DNA of 64,000 nt, taken from NCBI GenBank assembly GCA_005893275.1, contig VBOW01000032.1, forward strand, positions 10,088 to 74,087, given 5' to 3'. Shown one piece after another: positions 28,325 to 38,117 of this stretch. The notes under the pieces are model-generated. The model had not been told where the DNA came from and ran no database searches. It saw only the letters and a list, made by a program, of their open reading frames with translations. A program made the position numbers and the translations under genes. How positions within the stretch are numbered: position 1 is the stretch's first letter; each line of letters opens with the position of its first letter. Source of the DNA: Candidatus Eiseniibacteriota bacterium (lineage in GTDB: Bacteria; Eisenbacteria; RBG-16-71-46; SZUA-252).

Positions 28325-29304
28325 AGATCGAAACGACGCTGTCCGGGAGCTTCCCGAAGCTCCCGCTGGAACCCGGAGCGCCCAACGTCCGGGTCGTTCG
28401 GAACCGGATGGACCAGGGAAAGGCGACCGACCGCGACCTCGTCGAGGCGACCCGAGAGACCACGCGGCGCATCATCGCATTACAGGAATCCGCCGGCGTC
28501 GACATCCCGGTGGACGGCCAGGTGGCCTGGGACGACGAGCAGACGTACTTCGCGCGCGGGGTCCAGGGATTCGAGATCGCGGGCTTGATCCGCTACCTGG
28601 ATAGCAACACGTACTACCGCCAGCCCGAAATCGCCGGCCCGCTCTCCTGGACGCGGCCGGTCACGGTCGAGGATTTCCGGACGGCGCAGGGCATGGCGCA
28701 CCGGCCGCTCAAGGCCGTGCTGCCCGGCCCCTACTCGCTGTACCGGTTCTCCAAGGACCGCCACTACCGGAGCCCAGAGGAAGCGGCCCGCGCCATCGGA
28801 GAGGTCCTCGCCCGCGAGGCGAAGGCGCTCGAGGAGGCCGGGGCCGCGTGGATCCACTTCGAGGAGCCGTGGCTGGGGCGCGCCAGGGCCTCGGACGCAT
28901 CCCTCGTCCGGGCGGCGCTCGAGCCGCTGTTCCGCGGGCGAAAGGCGAAGACCGTGCTCCACGTTCCTTTCCGCGCCCCGGCGGCCGTGTTCGACGCGGT
29001 CCGGGATCTCACGTGGAGCGTGCTGGGGCTCGACCTGGTCGAGGCACCCGATGCGTGGAGTTTGATCTCCAAGGTGCCCGAAGGGCGCACCGTCGCGCTC
29101 GGGCTCATCGACGCGCGCAACACGAGGCTCGAAGACCCCTCCGACGTCGCCAAGGCGGTCGGCCGGGCGCGTGCGATGAGGTCCGATCTCGCGTGGCAGC
29201 TCTGCCCGACCGCGAGCCTCGAATACCTGCCCGTCGATCGCGCCGCGATGAAAGTCTCGCGCCTCACCGAGGCGGCACGCCTCGCTTCAGGGAACGGAGG
29301 ATGA
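28321..29304 (+). CDS. MetE-like protein lacking the zinc ligands (resembles the MetE N-terminal, non-catalytic half)
   Basis: MKIETTLSGSFPK...VDIPVDGQVAWDDEQTYF matches the MetE N-domain pattern (dLLPvGDFaWyDhvl). HVP replaces the HxC zinc motif. ATG overlaps the upstream stop (ATGA). Confidence 0.7.
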   Translation: MKIETTLSGSFPKLPLEPGAPNVRVVRNRMDQGKATDRDLVEATRETTRRIIALQESAGVDIPVDGQVAWDDEQTYFARGVQGFEIAGLIRYLDSNTYYRQPEIAGPLSWTRPVTVEDFRTAQGMAHRPLKAVLPGPYSLYRFSKDRHYRSPEEAARAIGEVLAREAKALEEAGAAWIHFEEPWLGRARASDASLVRAALEPLFRGRKAKTVLHVPFRAPAAVFDAVRDLTWSVLGLDLVEAPDAWSLISKVPEGRTVALGLIDARNTRLEDPSDVAKAVGRARAMRSDLAWQLCPTASLEYLPVDRAAMKVSRLTEAARLASGNGG

Positions 29305-30284
29305 TCATGCCGCGTGGACTCTGGACGACGACCGTCGGGAGCTTTCCGAAGCCGCCGCACCTCGAGCGCGCGCGGAACCAGTTCGCCCGCGGCGAAATCT
29401 CCGCCGAGCGACTGAACGAGCTCGAGCGGGAAGCCACGATCGAGGTGATCCGCTCCCAGGAGGAAATCGGGCTCGATATTCTGGTCGATGGAGAGCTCTA
29501 TCGCGGCGACATGACCACCTTCTTCGCGGAGCGGATGGACGGGTTTCAGATCTCGAACCCGGTCCGCTCCTACGGAAACCGCTATTACCGAAAGCCCGTC
29601 GCCACGGGCCCGGTGCGGCGCACCGACCCCTGGACGGTGGATTGGTGGAAATTCGCCCAGAGCCAGACGTCGAAGCCGGTGAAGGGGATGCTGACGGGCC
29701 CGTACACGATGATGGACTGGTCCTTCAACGAGCACTATCCGTCGCGCGAGGCGCTGGCCATGGATCTGGCCGAGGCGATTCGCGAAGAGGCGATCGCGCT
29801 CGTGGAGGCGGGAGCGAAGTTCGTCCAGGTGGACGAGCCGGCGATCTCGGTGCGCCCGGAGGAGCTCAAGCTCGCGGTCCGGGCCCTTGGCCGCGCCGTG
29901 GAGGGCGTGAAGGCGAAGACCATCACGCATATCTGCTATGGCGATTTCGACGTGATCTACCCCGCGCTCCTCGATCTCCCGGTCGACATGATCGATCTCG
30001 AGATGGCGAACAGCCGCTACGACCTCCTGGACCGGTTCCGGCAGCATCGTTTCACGAAGGAGATCGGGTACGGCGTGCTCGACGTGCACTCGCATCGGAT
30101 CGAGACCAAGGAGGAGGTGAAACAGGGAATCCTCCGCGGCCTCGAGATATTGAAGCCGGAGCAAATGTACATCGATCCCGACTGCGGCCTGAAAACGCGC
30201 ACCGTGGAGGAAGCGAAGGAAAAGCTCGCCGTGATGGTGGCGGCCGTGCGCGAGGTGCGGAAGGAGCGTGGCATCACGGCGTGA
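29301..30284 (+). CDS. core cobalamin-independent methionine synthase (MetE C-terminal catalytic-domain homolog) with intact Zn ligands
   Basis: TTVGSFPKPPHLERARNQFARGEIS, ITHICYGDF (HxC) and DPDCGLKTR match MetE catalytic-domain motifs. ATG overlaps the upstream stop (ATGA). Confidence 0.8.
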   Translation: MIMPRGLWTTTVGSFPKPPHLERARNQFARGEISAERLNELEREATIEVIRSQEEIGLDILVDGELYRGDMTTFFAERMDGFQISNPVRSYGNRYYRKPVATGPVRRTDPWTVDWWKFAQSQTSKPVKGMLTGPYTMMDWSFNEHYPSREALAMDLAEAIREEAIALVEAGAKFVQVDEPAISVRPEELKLAVRALGRAVEGVKAKTITHICYGDFDVIYPALLDLPVDMIDLEMANSRYDLLDRFRQHRFTKEIGYGVLDVHSHRIETKEEVKQGILRGLEILKPEQMYIDPDCGLKTRTVEEAKEKLAVMVAAVREVRKERGITA

Positions 30285-31525
30285 CCCCGGATAGCCCGGT
30301 CGATCTCTCCGGTCTCAAGATCGACCGCGACGCGCCGGCTCCCGGAACCGGCCGCCCGAGGCGCGCCATCCTCTGGGGCGCGTTCACGGTGGTGGCGCTG
30401 GCCGGGGCAGCCTTCGCCTACCGCGCTTTGAATCCCGTCTCCGTTCCGGTCGGGGTGGCCCGCGCGGAGCCCCTGGGAGGGGTTCCCGGCGCGGGAGGCG
30501 CGGAGATCCTGACGGCGAACGGCTACGTTGTGGCGCGCCAGCGCGCCTCCGTCTCGACCGAGGTGGCGGGGCGGCTGAACCAGCTTTTCGTCGAGGAAGG
30601 GAGCCGGGTCCGGAGGGGGCAGGTCCTCGGGGTGCTCCAAAACGCGGATCAAAAGTCCGCGCTCGCGAGCGCACGGGCGGCGCTCGCCTCGGCGGAGGCC
30701 CGCGAAGCGGAGGCCGCGGCCACCGCGCGCGAGACCGCTCTCGCGAGGGGGCGCGCCGTCCAGCTCCACTCGAAGGGGCTCGTGAGCCAGTCCGAGCTCG
30801 ATCGGGCGGTCGCGAGCGATGACGTGGCGCACGCCCGCGTCCAGAGCGCCGAGGCGGAGACAAGGAACACGTCGGCCCGGGTCCAGTCGGCCCAGGTCGA
30901 TTACGACAAGACGTTCATCCGCGCGCCCTTCGCGGGAGCGGTGCTCCGGAAGGAAGCGGAAGTCGGCGAAATCGTGAGCCCGATTCCCTCCACCGGCGGG
31001 CTCACGCGCGGGGCGATCGTGACGATGGCGAACCTCGCGACGCTGGAAGTCGAAGCGGACGTGAACGAGGGCTATGTCTCCCGGGTGCACGAGGGCATGC
31101 GGGCCGAGATCACCCTGGACGCCTATCCCGAGGAGCGCTTCCCCGGCCACGTGAGGCAGATCGTTCCGACCGCGGACCGCCAGAAGGCGACGGTTCTCGT
31201 GAAGGTCGCGTTTGATCGGCTGGATCCGCGCGTCCTTCCCGAGATGGGCGTCAAGACCACGTTCCTCGCGGACGCCGGGGCCGTCGCGGGAAAGAGCCCG
31301 GCGGCCGCGGCGGTGGTCGCGATCCCGAAACGCGCGGTGCGCGAGGCCGAGGGCCGCGCGGTGGTCTACGTCGTGGAGGGAGGGCGCGCGGTCATGCGGG
31401 GCGTGTCGCCGCGCCCCCTCGCCGGCGACCGCGTGGCGGTGAGCGGGGGTTTGGCTCCCGGGGAGCTCGTGATCGTGGAGGCTCCGTCCACGCTGGGTGA
31501 CAAGAGCCGCGTCCGTGTCAAATAG
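30281..31525 (+). CDS. efflux periplasmic adaptor (membrane fusion protein, HlyD/MacA family)
   Basis: N-terminal TM segment, coiled-coil and beta-barrel MFP regions. GTG start overlaps the upstream stop (GTGA). Confidence 0.8.
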   Translation: MTPDSPVDLSGLKIDRDAPAPGTGRPRRAILWGAFTVVALAGAAFAYRALNPVSVPVGVARAEPLGGVPGAGGAEILTANGYVVARQRASVSTEVAGRLNQLFVEEGSRVRRGQVLGVLQNADQKSALASARAALASAEAREAEAAATARETALARGRAVQLHSKGLVSQSELDRAVASDDVAHARVQSAEAETRNTSARVQSAQVDYDKTFIRAPFAGAVLRKEAEVGEIVSPIPSTGGLTRGAIVTMANLATLEVEADVNEGYVSRVHEGMRAEITLDAYPEERFPGHVRQIVPTADRQKATVLVKVAFDRLDPRVLPEMGVKTTFLADAGAVAGKSPAAAAVVAIPKRAVREAEGRAVVYVVEGGRAVMRGVSPRPLAGDRVAVSGGLAPGELVIVEAPSTLGDKSRVRVK

Positions 31526-31541
31526 CGAGCGGAGGAATTTC

Positions 31542-32228
31542 GTGCCATCCGAGAACGGCGCCCTGGTCCATCTTCACGACGTGCACAAGGTCTATCACCG
31601 GGACCGGATCGAGGTCCCTGTGTTGCAGGGAATCAACCTGGACGTGAGGGAAGGGGAATTCCTCGCCCTGATGGGGCCCAGCGGCTCGGGAAAATCGACG
31701 CTGCTCAACCTGATCGCGGGAATCGACACCCCGACCCAGGGGGAGGTGCGCGTCGCGGGGGAATCCCTGGGAACCCTGAAGCCCTCGCGCCTCGCCGCGT
31801 GGCGCGCCCGGCACATCGGTTTCATCTTTCAGCTCTACAACCTGATTCCCGTGTTGACCGCCTTTCAAAACGTGGAGCTGCCGCTCCTTCTCACGCGGCT
31901 CTCCGCGAGGGAAAGGAAGAAGCGCGTGCTCTTCGCCCTCGGGCTGGTCGGGCTCGAGGGCCGCGCCAAGCACTTCCCACGCCAGCTCTCGGGGGGCGAG
32001 GAGCAGCGCGTCGCCATCGCGCGCGCGATCGTGGCCGATCCGACTCTTCTGGTCGCGGACGAGCCCACGGGGGACCTCGACGCGAGGAACGCGGCCGAAA
32101 TCCTCACGCTCTTGAAGCGTCTGAATGAGGAGCTGAAAAAAACCATCCTCATGGTGACCCACGATCCCCACGCGGCGGAGAGCGCGCACGTGATCTTCCA
32201 TCTGGACAAGGGCGTGCTCCAGCCTTGA
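31542..32228 (+). CDS. ABC transporter ATP-binding protein (MacB/LolD-type)
   Basis: Walker [10 protein letters not shown], signature [14 protein letters not shown], Walker [16 protein letters not shown] start with GGAGGA 5 nt upstream. Confidence 0.85.
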   Translation: MPSENGALVHLHDVHKVYHRDRIEVPVLQGINLDVREGEFLALMGPSGSGKSTLLNLIAGIDTPTQGEVRVAGESLGTLKPSRLAAWRARHIGFIFQLYNLIPVLTAFQNVELPLLLTRLSARERKKRVLFALGLVGLEGRAKHFPRQLSGGEEQRVAIARAIVADPTLLVADEPTGDLDARNAAEILTLLKRLNEELKKTILMVTHDPHAAESAHVIFHLDKGVLQP

Positions 32229-33373
32229 AGTACCTCGGGCTCATCTTCGCCAATCTCATGCGCTCGAAGCGGCGGACCTTCCTCACGGTCTTCTCGATCG
32301 CGATCGCGCTCTTTCTCTTCTGCACGTTGCGGACGGTGATCACCTCCTTCGAGGCCTCGTTAAGGGCCTCGCAGGCCACGCGGCTCGTGGTGCGCCACGC
32401 GGCCTCCCTCGTCTTCCCGCTGCCGCTGGCGTATCGCGAGCGGCTCTCCCGGGTTCCCGGCGTGACCGGCATCTCCTACGGCAACTGGTTCGGCGGCTTT
32501 TACCAGGACCCGAAGAATCAATTCGCCCAGTTCGCGATGGACGTCCCCACGCTTCTGGACCTCTTCCCGGAAGTGATTCTCCCCGCCGGACAGGCGGAGG
32601 CGTTCCGTTCGGAGCGAACGGCGTGCATCATCGGGGCAGCGCTCGCCCGGAAGTACGGGTGGAAGCTGGGGGACCAGATTCCCATCATGGGGACGATTTT
32701 CCCCGGCGAATGGCGCTTCGTGGTGCGCGGGATCTACACCGGGCAGACCAAGGACGTCGACGAGAACACGCTCTTCTTCCACTGGGACTACCTGAACGAA
32801 TCGCTTCCCGAGGGGAGGAAGAGCCTCGTGGGCATCTACTGGCTTCGAATCGCATCCCCCGATCTCGCGGCTTCCGTGAGCGGTCGCGTGGACGCCCTCT
32901 TCGAGAACAGCCCGCAGCCGACCAAGACGGAAACCGAGAAAGCCTTCCAGGCCGGCTTCATTTCCATGATCGGGAACGTCCAGCTCCTGCTCACCATCAT
33001 CGGCTCGGCGATCGTGTTCGCGATCATGCTCGTCACGATCAACACCATGATGATGGCCGCGCGCGAGCGGACCACCGAGATCGCCGTGCTCAAGACCCTG
33101 GGTTTCTCCGACGGCCTCATCCTGCGCCTCGTCGGCGGAGAGGCGCTCTTCCTCTCCCTGTTGGGAGGTGGCCTGGGCTGCGGTCTCGCGGCGCTCGTCT
33201 TCCGGGAATCCGATTTCACCGGGGGAGGATTCTTCCCGAATTTCCGCGTCCTGCCGGAAACCGTCCTCCTCGGGCTGGTCTTGGCCGCTCTGATGGGCCT
33301 CTTGAGCGGGGTCGCCCCCGCCGTTCAGGCCGCCCGTCTCCAGGTCGCATCCGCGCTGCGCAGGGTCGCCTGA
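32225..33373 (+). CDS. ABC transporter permease (FtsX/MacB-type)
   Basis: N-terminal TM segment, large periplasmic loop, then three C-terminal TM helices. TTG start overlaps the ATPase stop (TTGA). Confidence 0.8.
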   Translation: MKYLGLIFANLMRSKRRTFLTVFSIAIALFLFCTLRTVITSFEASLRASQATRLVVRHAASLVFPLPLAYRERLSRVPGVTGISYGNWFGGFYQDPKNQFAQFAMDVPTLLDLFPEVILPAGQAEAFRSERTACIIGAALARKYGWKLGDQIPIMGTIFPGEWRFVVRGIYTGQTKDVDENTLFFHWDYLNESLPEGRKSLVGIYWLRIASPDLAASVSGRVDALFENSPQPTKTETEKAFQAGFISMIGNVQLLLTIIGSAIVFAIMLVTINTMMMAARERTTEIAVLKTLGFSDGLILRLVGGEALFLSLLGGGLGCGLAALVFRESDFTGGGFFPNFRVLPETVLLGLVLAALMGLLSGVAPAVQAARLQVASALRRVA

Positions 33374-33380
33374 GGGCACG

Positions 33381-34544
33381 ATGGCCGTCCCGCTCGCCTA
33401 CAACCTCCGCAATCTCTCCGCGCGCAAGGTGAGCACCGTCTTGACCGCGCTCGGGATCGGTCTCGTCTCCTGGGTCTTCATCTTCACGTTGGCCCTGGCG
33501 GGGGGATTCCAGTCGGCGCTCCAGGCGACCGGGTCCCACGCGAACGCGATCGTGATCCGGAGCGGCTCGACCGCCGAGCTGACGAGCATCGTGGCGCGCG
33601 AAGCGGCCGCGTCGATCGAGAGCCAACCGGAGATCGCCCGGGCATTGGACGGAGCCCCGCTCGCGACGCACGAGCTCGTCGTGCTCTGGAATCTCGAGCG
33701 GAAGAACGGAACCCAGGCCAACGTGGTCGTGCGCGGCGTCACAGCCAGGTCGATCGCGCTCCGCCCGAAACTCCACCTCGTCCAGGGTCGCATGTTCCGG
33801 CCGGGCCTCGAGGAGGTGGTCGTCGGGAAGCTCGCCGAGGCGAGGATCGCCCACTGCACGATGGGAGATCGCATCAAGCTCGCCGGACGCCAGTGGTCCA
33901 TCGTGGGCGTGTTCGACGCGCAAGGGACCGCGTTCGATTCGGAGATCTGGGGGGATGTGGAGCTCTTCATGCCGGTCTTCGACAGGCCGGTCTATCAGAG
34001 CGTCACGTTTCGCCTGGATGAGCCCTCGCACTTCGGCGCGATCCAGAAGCGCCTGGAAGCCGATCCGAGAATGAGCGTCCAGGTGAAACACGAAGACGAG
34101 TTCTATGCGGCGCAGTCCGCCACGCTCGCCACGCTTCTGCGAGGGCTCGGGCTCTTCGTCACGCTGGTGATGGCGCTCGGCGCTGTTTTCGGCGCGCTCA
34201 ACACGATGTACGCGGCGGTCGGCTCGCGCACGAAGGAGATCGGGACGCTCCTGGCCCTCGGCTTCTCGCGCGGATCGATTCTCACTTCCTTTCTCATCGA
34301 ATCGGTGCTCCTCGCGACGCTGGGCGGCCTCCTGGGCTCGCTCATGGCGCTTCCCGTGAACGGGATCACGACGAGCACGATGAACTTCGCCTCCTTCAGC
34401 GAGATCGCCTTCCGCTTCCAGGTCACGCCCACGATGCTCCTCTCGGGCATGATCTTCGCCGCCATCATGGGCGCGCTCGGCGGATTCTTCCCTTCGCGCA
34501 AGGCGGCGCGACGGGTCATCGTCGAAGCGCTCCGCGAGGCCTGA
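33381..34544 (+). CDS. ABC transporter permease (FtsX/MacB-type), second copy
   Basis: Same architecture as the preceding permease. Confidence 0.8.
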   Translation: MAVPLAYNLRNLSARKVSTVLTALGIGLVSWVFIFTLALAGGFQSALQATGSHANAIVIRSGSTAELTSIVAREAAASIESQPEIARALDGAPLATHELVVLWNLERKNGTQANVVVRGVTARSIALRPKLHLVQGRMFRPGLEEVVVGKLAEARIAHCTMGDRIKLAGRQWSIVGVFDAQGTAFDSEIWGDVELFMPVFDRPVYQSVTFRLDEPSHFGAIQKRLEADPRMSVQVKHEDEFYAAQSATLATLLRGLGLFVTLVMALGAVFGALNTMYAAVGSRTKEIGTLLALGFSRGSILTSFLIESVLLATLGGLLGSLMALPVNGITTSTMNFASFSEIAFRFQVTPTMLLSGMIFAAIMGALGGFFPSRKAARRVIVEALREA

Positions 34545-34599
34545 TCCCGGGCGGCGTCGCGTTGACCCTCCCCCCGGCGTGTGCTAGCGTCGGCGTCCC

Positions 34600-35514
34600 A
34601 TGAGCAAGAACCGAATCAAAATCGGCGTCCGCGACAACCGATTGGGGCGCATCTTGGGCGAGCAGGTCGCCGAGCTCCTGAAGCCGCACGTCGGATCCGC
34701 CGCCTGTGTGCTCGTTCCGGTCGGGCATGCCGCCGAGCGGGGACGCGGCAATTCCGCCCGATGGCCCGGACTTCCCCTGGAGGAGGCGCTGGTTCAGGGC
34801 GAGATCGACATCGCGGTCCAGAACATGAAGGACGTGCCTCCCGAGCCGGCCCAGGGCATCGTGCTCGCGGCGGTGACCGAACGATTCACGCCCTTTGATG
34901 TGCTCATCGCGCGCGATGGGATCATCATGGACGAGCTGCCGGAGGGATCCGCGATCAGCGCCCACACGCCGATCCGGCGCGCGCAGCTTTTGCATTACCG
35001 GGATGATTTCTCCATCGTGGATTTCTCGGGAAGCCTCGAGGAGCGGATGCGGAAGCTCGAGATGGGCGAAGTCGACGGGCTCGTGGTCTCGGCTTCGGCG
35101 GTCGAGCACCTGGGATACCAGGACCGGGTCACCGAGGTTTTCACGACCGAGGTGGTCGTCCCGGCCCCGGGACAGGGCGCGCTCGGCCTGGAGGTCCTGA
35201 AGGGGTCGAAGGAGCTCCTCAAGGCGGCCAAGCATCTCGATGACGCGGTCGCGCGCGCGGAGATCGCGGCGGAGCGCGCCTTCCAGCGCGAGGTGACGGG
35301 CGATCCGTCCGTCCCCATCGGCGCCCTCGCGAAGCTCGACGGCAACACGCTCCATCTCGAGGGCGTGATCGCGGACCGGGAAGGGATCAAGATCTACCGC
35401 GACGAAGAAGAAGGAAAGGCCGGGGATGAAGAGCAGATCGGGGTGCGGCTCGCGCGCCGTCTCCTGCTCGACGGGGCCCGCGCCCTCCTTTCCCCCGCCG
35501 AAAGCTCCCACTAG
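34600..35514 (+). CDS. hemC: hydroxymethylbilane synthase (porphobilinogen deaminase)
   Basis: IKIGVRDNRLGRI..., IDIAVQNMKDVP and the C-terminal cofactor-Cys region. Confidence 0.85.
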   Translation: MSKNRIKIGVRDNRLGRILGEQVAELLKPHVGSAACVLVPVGHAAERGRGNSARWPGLPLEEALVQGEIDIAVQNMKDVPPEPAQGIVLAAVTERFTPFDVLIARDGIIMDELPEGSAISAHTPIRRAQLLHYRDDFSIVDFSGSLEERMRKLEMGEVDGLVVSASAVEHLGYQDRVTEVFTTEVVVPAPGQGALGLEVLKGSKELLKAAKHLDDAVARAEIAAERAFQREVTGDPSVPIGALAKLDGNTLHLEGVIADREGIKIYRDEEEGKAGDEEQIGVRLARRLLLDGARALLSPAESSH

Positions 35515-35520
35515 GGCGTC

Positions 35521-36795
35521 ATGCTCGATCTCAAGCGCATCCGCACCGAGACCGATCGCGTGCGGGAGGCCATCGCATTCAAAAAAACCCAGGCGGACCT
35601 GGACCGGTACCTGCTCCTCGACGAACAAAGGCGCGAGCTCCTTGCCGAAGCCGAGCGGCTGAAGCACGAGCGGAACGCCGTCTCGGAGGAAATCGGCCGT
35701 CTCAAGCGCGCGGGGAAAGACGCCCCCGACAAGGTCGCGGCGATGAAACGGGTCGGGGAGGAGATCAAGACGCTCGATGCGCGAATCGCCGGCCTGGAAT
35801 CGGAGCTCGAGAAGATCCTCGTATGGATCCCCAATGTCCCGCACCCTTCGGTCCCGCGAGCCGGGGACGCCGCGGGGAATGTCGTCGTGCGCGAGTCAGG
35901 CACGTTCCGCAAGCTCGGATTCAAGCCCAAGCAGCATTGGGAGCTCGCCGAGTCGCTCGGGCTCCTCGACTTCGACCGCGCCGGGAAGATCGCGGGCGCG
36001 GGGTTTCTGCTTTTCACCGGACGCGGCGCCCGTCTCGAGCGCGCGCTCATCCAATTCATGATCGATTCGGCGACCCGGCGGGGCTATACGGAGGTGTGGG
36101 CGCCGCATCTCGTCAGGCGGGAATGCCTCTTCGGGACCGGGCAGCTCCCCAAGCTCGAGGAGGACATGTACCGGGTGCAGGGCGAGGATCTGTTCCTCAA
36201 TCCCACGGCCGAAGTGCCGATCACCAACATCTACCGCGAGGAGACCCTGGACGGGGGAAGGCTCCCCATCAATCACGTCGGCTACTGCGCGAGCTATCGT
36301 AGGGAAGCGGGCGCCTACGGCCGCGAGACGCGCGGGATGATCCGCGTCCATCAGTTCGACAAGGTGGAGCTGGTCAAGCTCGTGCGCCCCGAGACATCCT
36401 ACGACGAGCATGAAAAGCTGCTCGCCGACGCGGAGGCGGTGCTCGACGCGCTCGAGCTGCCGCACCGGGTCGTGCTCCTGGCGGCGGGGGACTTGAGCTT
36501 CGCCGGAGCCAAGTGCTACGACCTCGAAACGTGGGCGCCCGGGGAGGACCGGTGGCTCGAGGTCTCCTCCTGCAGCAATTTTGAGGATTTCCAGGCCCGC
36601 CGCGCGGGAATTCGTTTCCGCCCCGGGCCCGGGGCGAAGGCAGAGTACGTCCACACCCTGAACGCCTCGGGATTGGCGCTCCCGCGCACGTTCGCGACGC
36701 TCCTCGAGTACCACCAGACCGAACGCGGATCCGTGCGCCTCCCGGACGCGCTCCTGCCCTACTGGGACGGCGAACGGGAGATCGGGCCCGTCTGA
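35521..36795 (+). CDS. serS: serine--tRNA ligase
   Basis: N-terminal coiled-coil and class II aaRS motifs (FRREAGAYGRETRGMIRVHQF, GAKCYDLETW). Confidence 0.9.
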   Translation: MLDLKRIRTETDRVREAIAFKKTQADLDRYLLLDEQRRELLAEAERLKHERNAVSEEIGRLKRAGKDAPDKVAAMKRVGEEIKTLDARIAGLESELEKILVWIPNVPHPSVPRAGDAAGNVVVRESGTFRKLGFKPKQHWELAESLGLLDFDRAGKIAGAGFLLFTGRGARLERALIQFMIDSATRRGYTEVWAPHLVRRECLFGTGQLPKLEEDMYRVQGEDLFLNPTAEVPITNIYREETLDGGRLPINHVGYCASYRREAGAYGRETRGMIRVHQFDKVELVKLVRPETSYDEHEKLLADAEAVLDALELPHRVVLLAAGDLSFAGAKCYDLETWAPGEDRWLEVSSCSNFEDFQARRAGIRFRPGPGAKAEYVHTLNASGLALPRTFATLLEYHQTERGSVRLPDALLPYWDGEREIGPV

Positions 36796-36805
36796 GGCCC
36801 GGGAC

Positions 36806-38098
36806 ATGCCCGATCTCCGCACCGCCCGGCCGCGGACGGTCCGGCCGCTGCCGTACAAGGTGTTTCTCTTCCTCGCGATCGTTGCCCTCATGGCGGCGCT
36901 CGTGCTTCACTCGAACTATCTGATCAGCCGGCTCAACAACGAAACCCAGAACCTCTGCTACGTCCTCGCCCGGTTTTTCGCGGTCTCCACGTTTCCGGTC
37001 GCCGAGGACCCGTCGTTGATCCCGATCTTCCGCGAGGTCGTGGGGAACATCAATTTTCCGATCATCCTCACGGACACCGGAGGCATCCCACGCGCGTGGA
37101 AGCACATCGGCATCCCTCCGGCGGCCGTTCCCGATTCGGTTCTCCAGCGCGCGGCCGAGACGGGCATCATTCCGCCCGCCGTGAAGAGGATCCAGGACGC
37201 CGCCGCGAAGCTCGATCGTAGGCACGCGCCCATCCCGGTCGAGCGGCTTGGAAATCCGGGCGTGCTCGGAATGGTCCACTACGGCGAGCCCTCGCTGGTC
37301 GCCAAGCTTCGATGGATCCCCTACGTCGAGTTCGGCGTGGTTTTCGCGCTGCTTGTCTTTGGATTTGTCGGCTTTCGCGCCATCGTGGCCGCGGAGCAGC
37401 GATCGCTCTGGGCCGCGCTCGCCAAGGAAACCGCGCACCAGCTCGGAACGCCCCTGTCCTCGCTCCTCGGCTGGTCCGCTCACCTGCGCGAGATGGCCGC
37501 GGGCGCGGATCGGACCCCGGAGCGGATCGAGGCGATCGCATCCGAGATCGATCTCGATCTGGATCGGCTCAACAAGGTCGCTTTCCGGTTCAGCCAGGTC
37601 GGCTCCGTTCCCGCGCTCAAGGAGGGGGATCTAACGCAGGTCGTGGCAGGGGTGGTGGGCTATTTTCGCCACCGCCTCCCGCACCTGGGACATGAGGTGG
37701 AGATCGCGGAGCGCTACGAGGCGATTCCCAGGGTCGCTTTCCACAAAGAGCTGATCGAATGGGTGGTCGAGAACCTGATTCGAAACGCGATCGACGCCGC
37801 CGACAAGCCCAGAGGAACGATCGAGGTGGAATTGGGCTGGCGGCGGGAACGGCGCGAAGTGGAGCTCAGGGTCAAGGACAACGGGCGCGGCATGACGCCC
37901 GCGGAGCGGCGACGCGCGTTTTCGCCGGGGTTCAGCACGAAGCGGCGAGGGTGGGGGCTGGGTCTCGCGCTTGCGAGGCGCGTCGTTCGCGAGTATCATC
38001 GCGGAAAGATCTCGATCGTGGAATCCGTGCCCGGCCAGGGAACGACCGTGGCCGTCGCGCTGCCCGTAGCCCCTTCCCCGAACCCCGGTTCCGCGTAA
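36806..38098 (+). CDS. sensor histidine kinase (membrane-anchored, HisKA + HATPase_c)
   Basis: N-terminal TM helix, H-box ETAHQLGTPLSSL, N/G boxes (NLIRNAIDA, DNGRGM, GWGLGL). Confidence 0.85.
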   Translation: MPDLRTARPRTVRPLPYKVFLFLAIVALMAALVLHSNYLISRLNNETQNLCYVLARFFAVSTFPVAEDPSLIPIFREVVGNINFPIILTDTGGIPRAWKHIGIPPAAVPDSVLQRAAETGIIPPAVKRIQDAAAKLDRRHAPIPVERLGNPGVLGMVHYGEPSLVAKLRWIPYVEFGVVFALLVFGFVGFRAIVAAEQRSLWAALAKETAHQLGTPLSSLLGWSAHLREMAAGADRTPERIEAIASEIDLDLDRLNKVAFRFSQVGSVPALKEGDLTQVVAGVVGYFRHRLPHLGHEVEIAERYEAIPRVAFHKELIEWVVENLIRNAIDAADKPRGTIEVELGWRRERREVELRVKDNGRGMTPAERRRAFSPGFSTKRRGWGLGLALARRVVREYHRGKISIVESVPGQGTTVAVALPVAPSPNPGSA

Positions 38099-38117
38099 TC
38101 CCAGAGCCGAAAGACCC

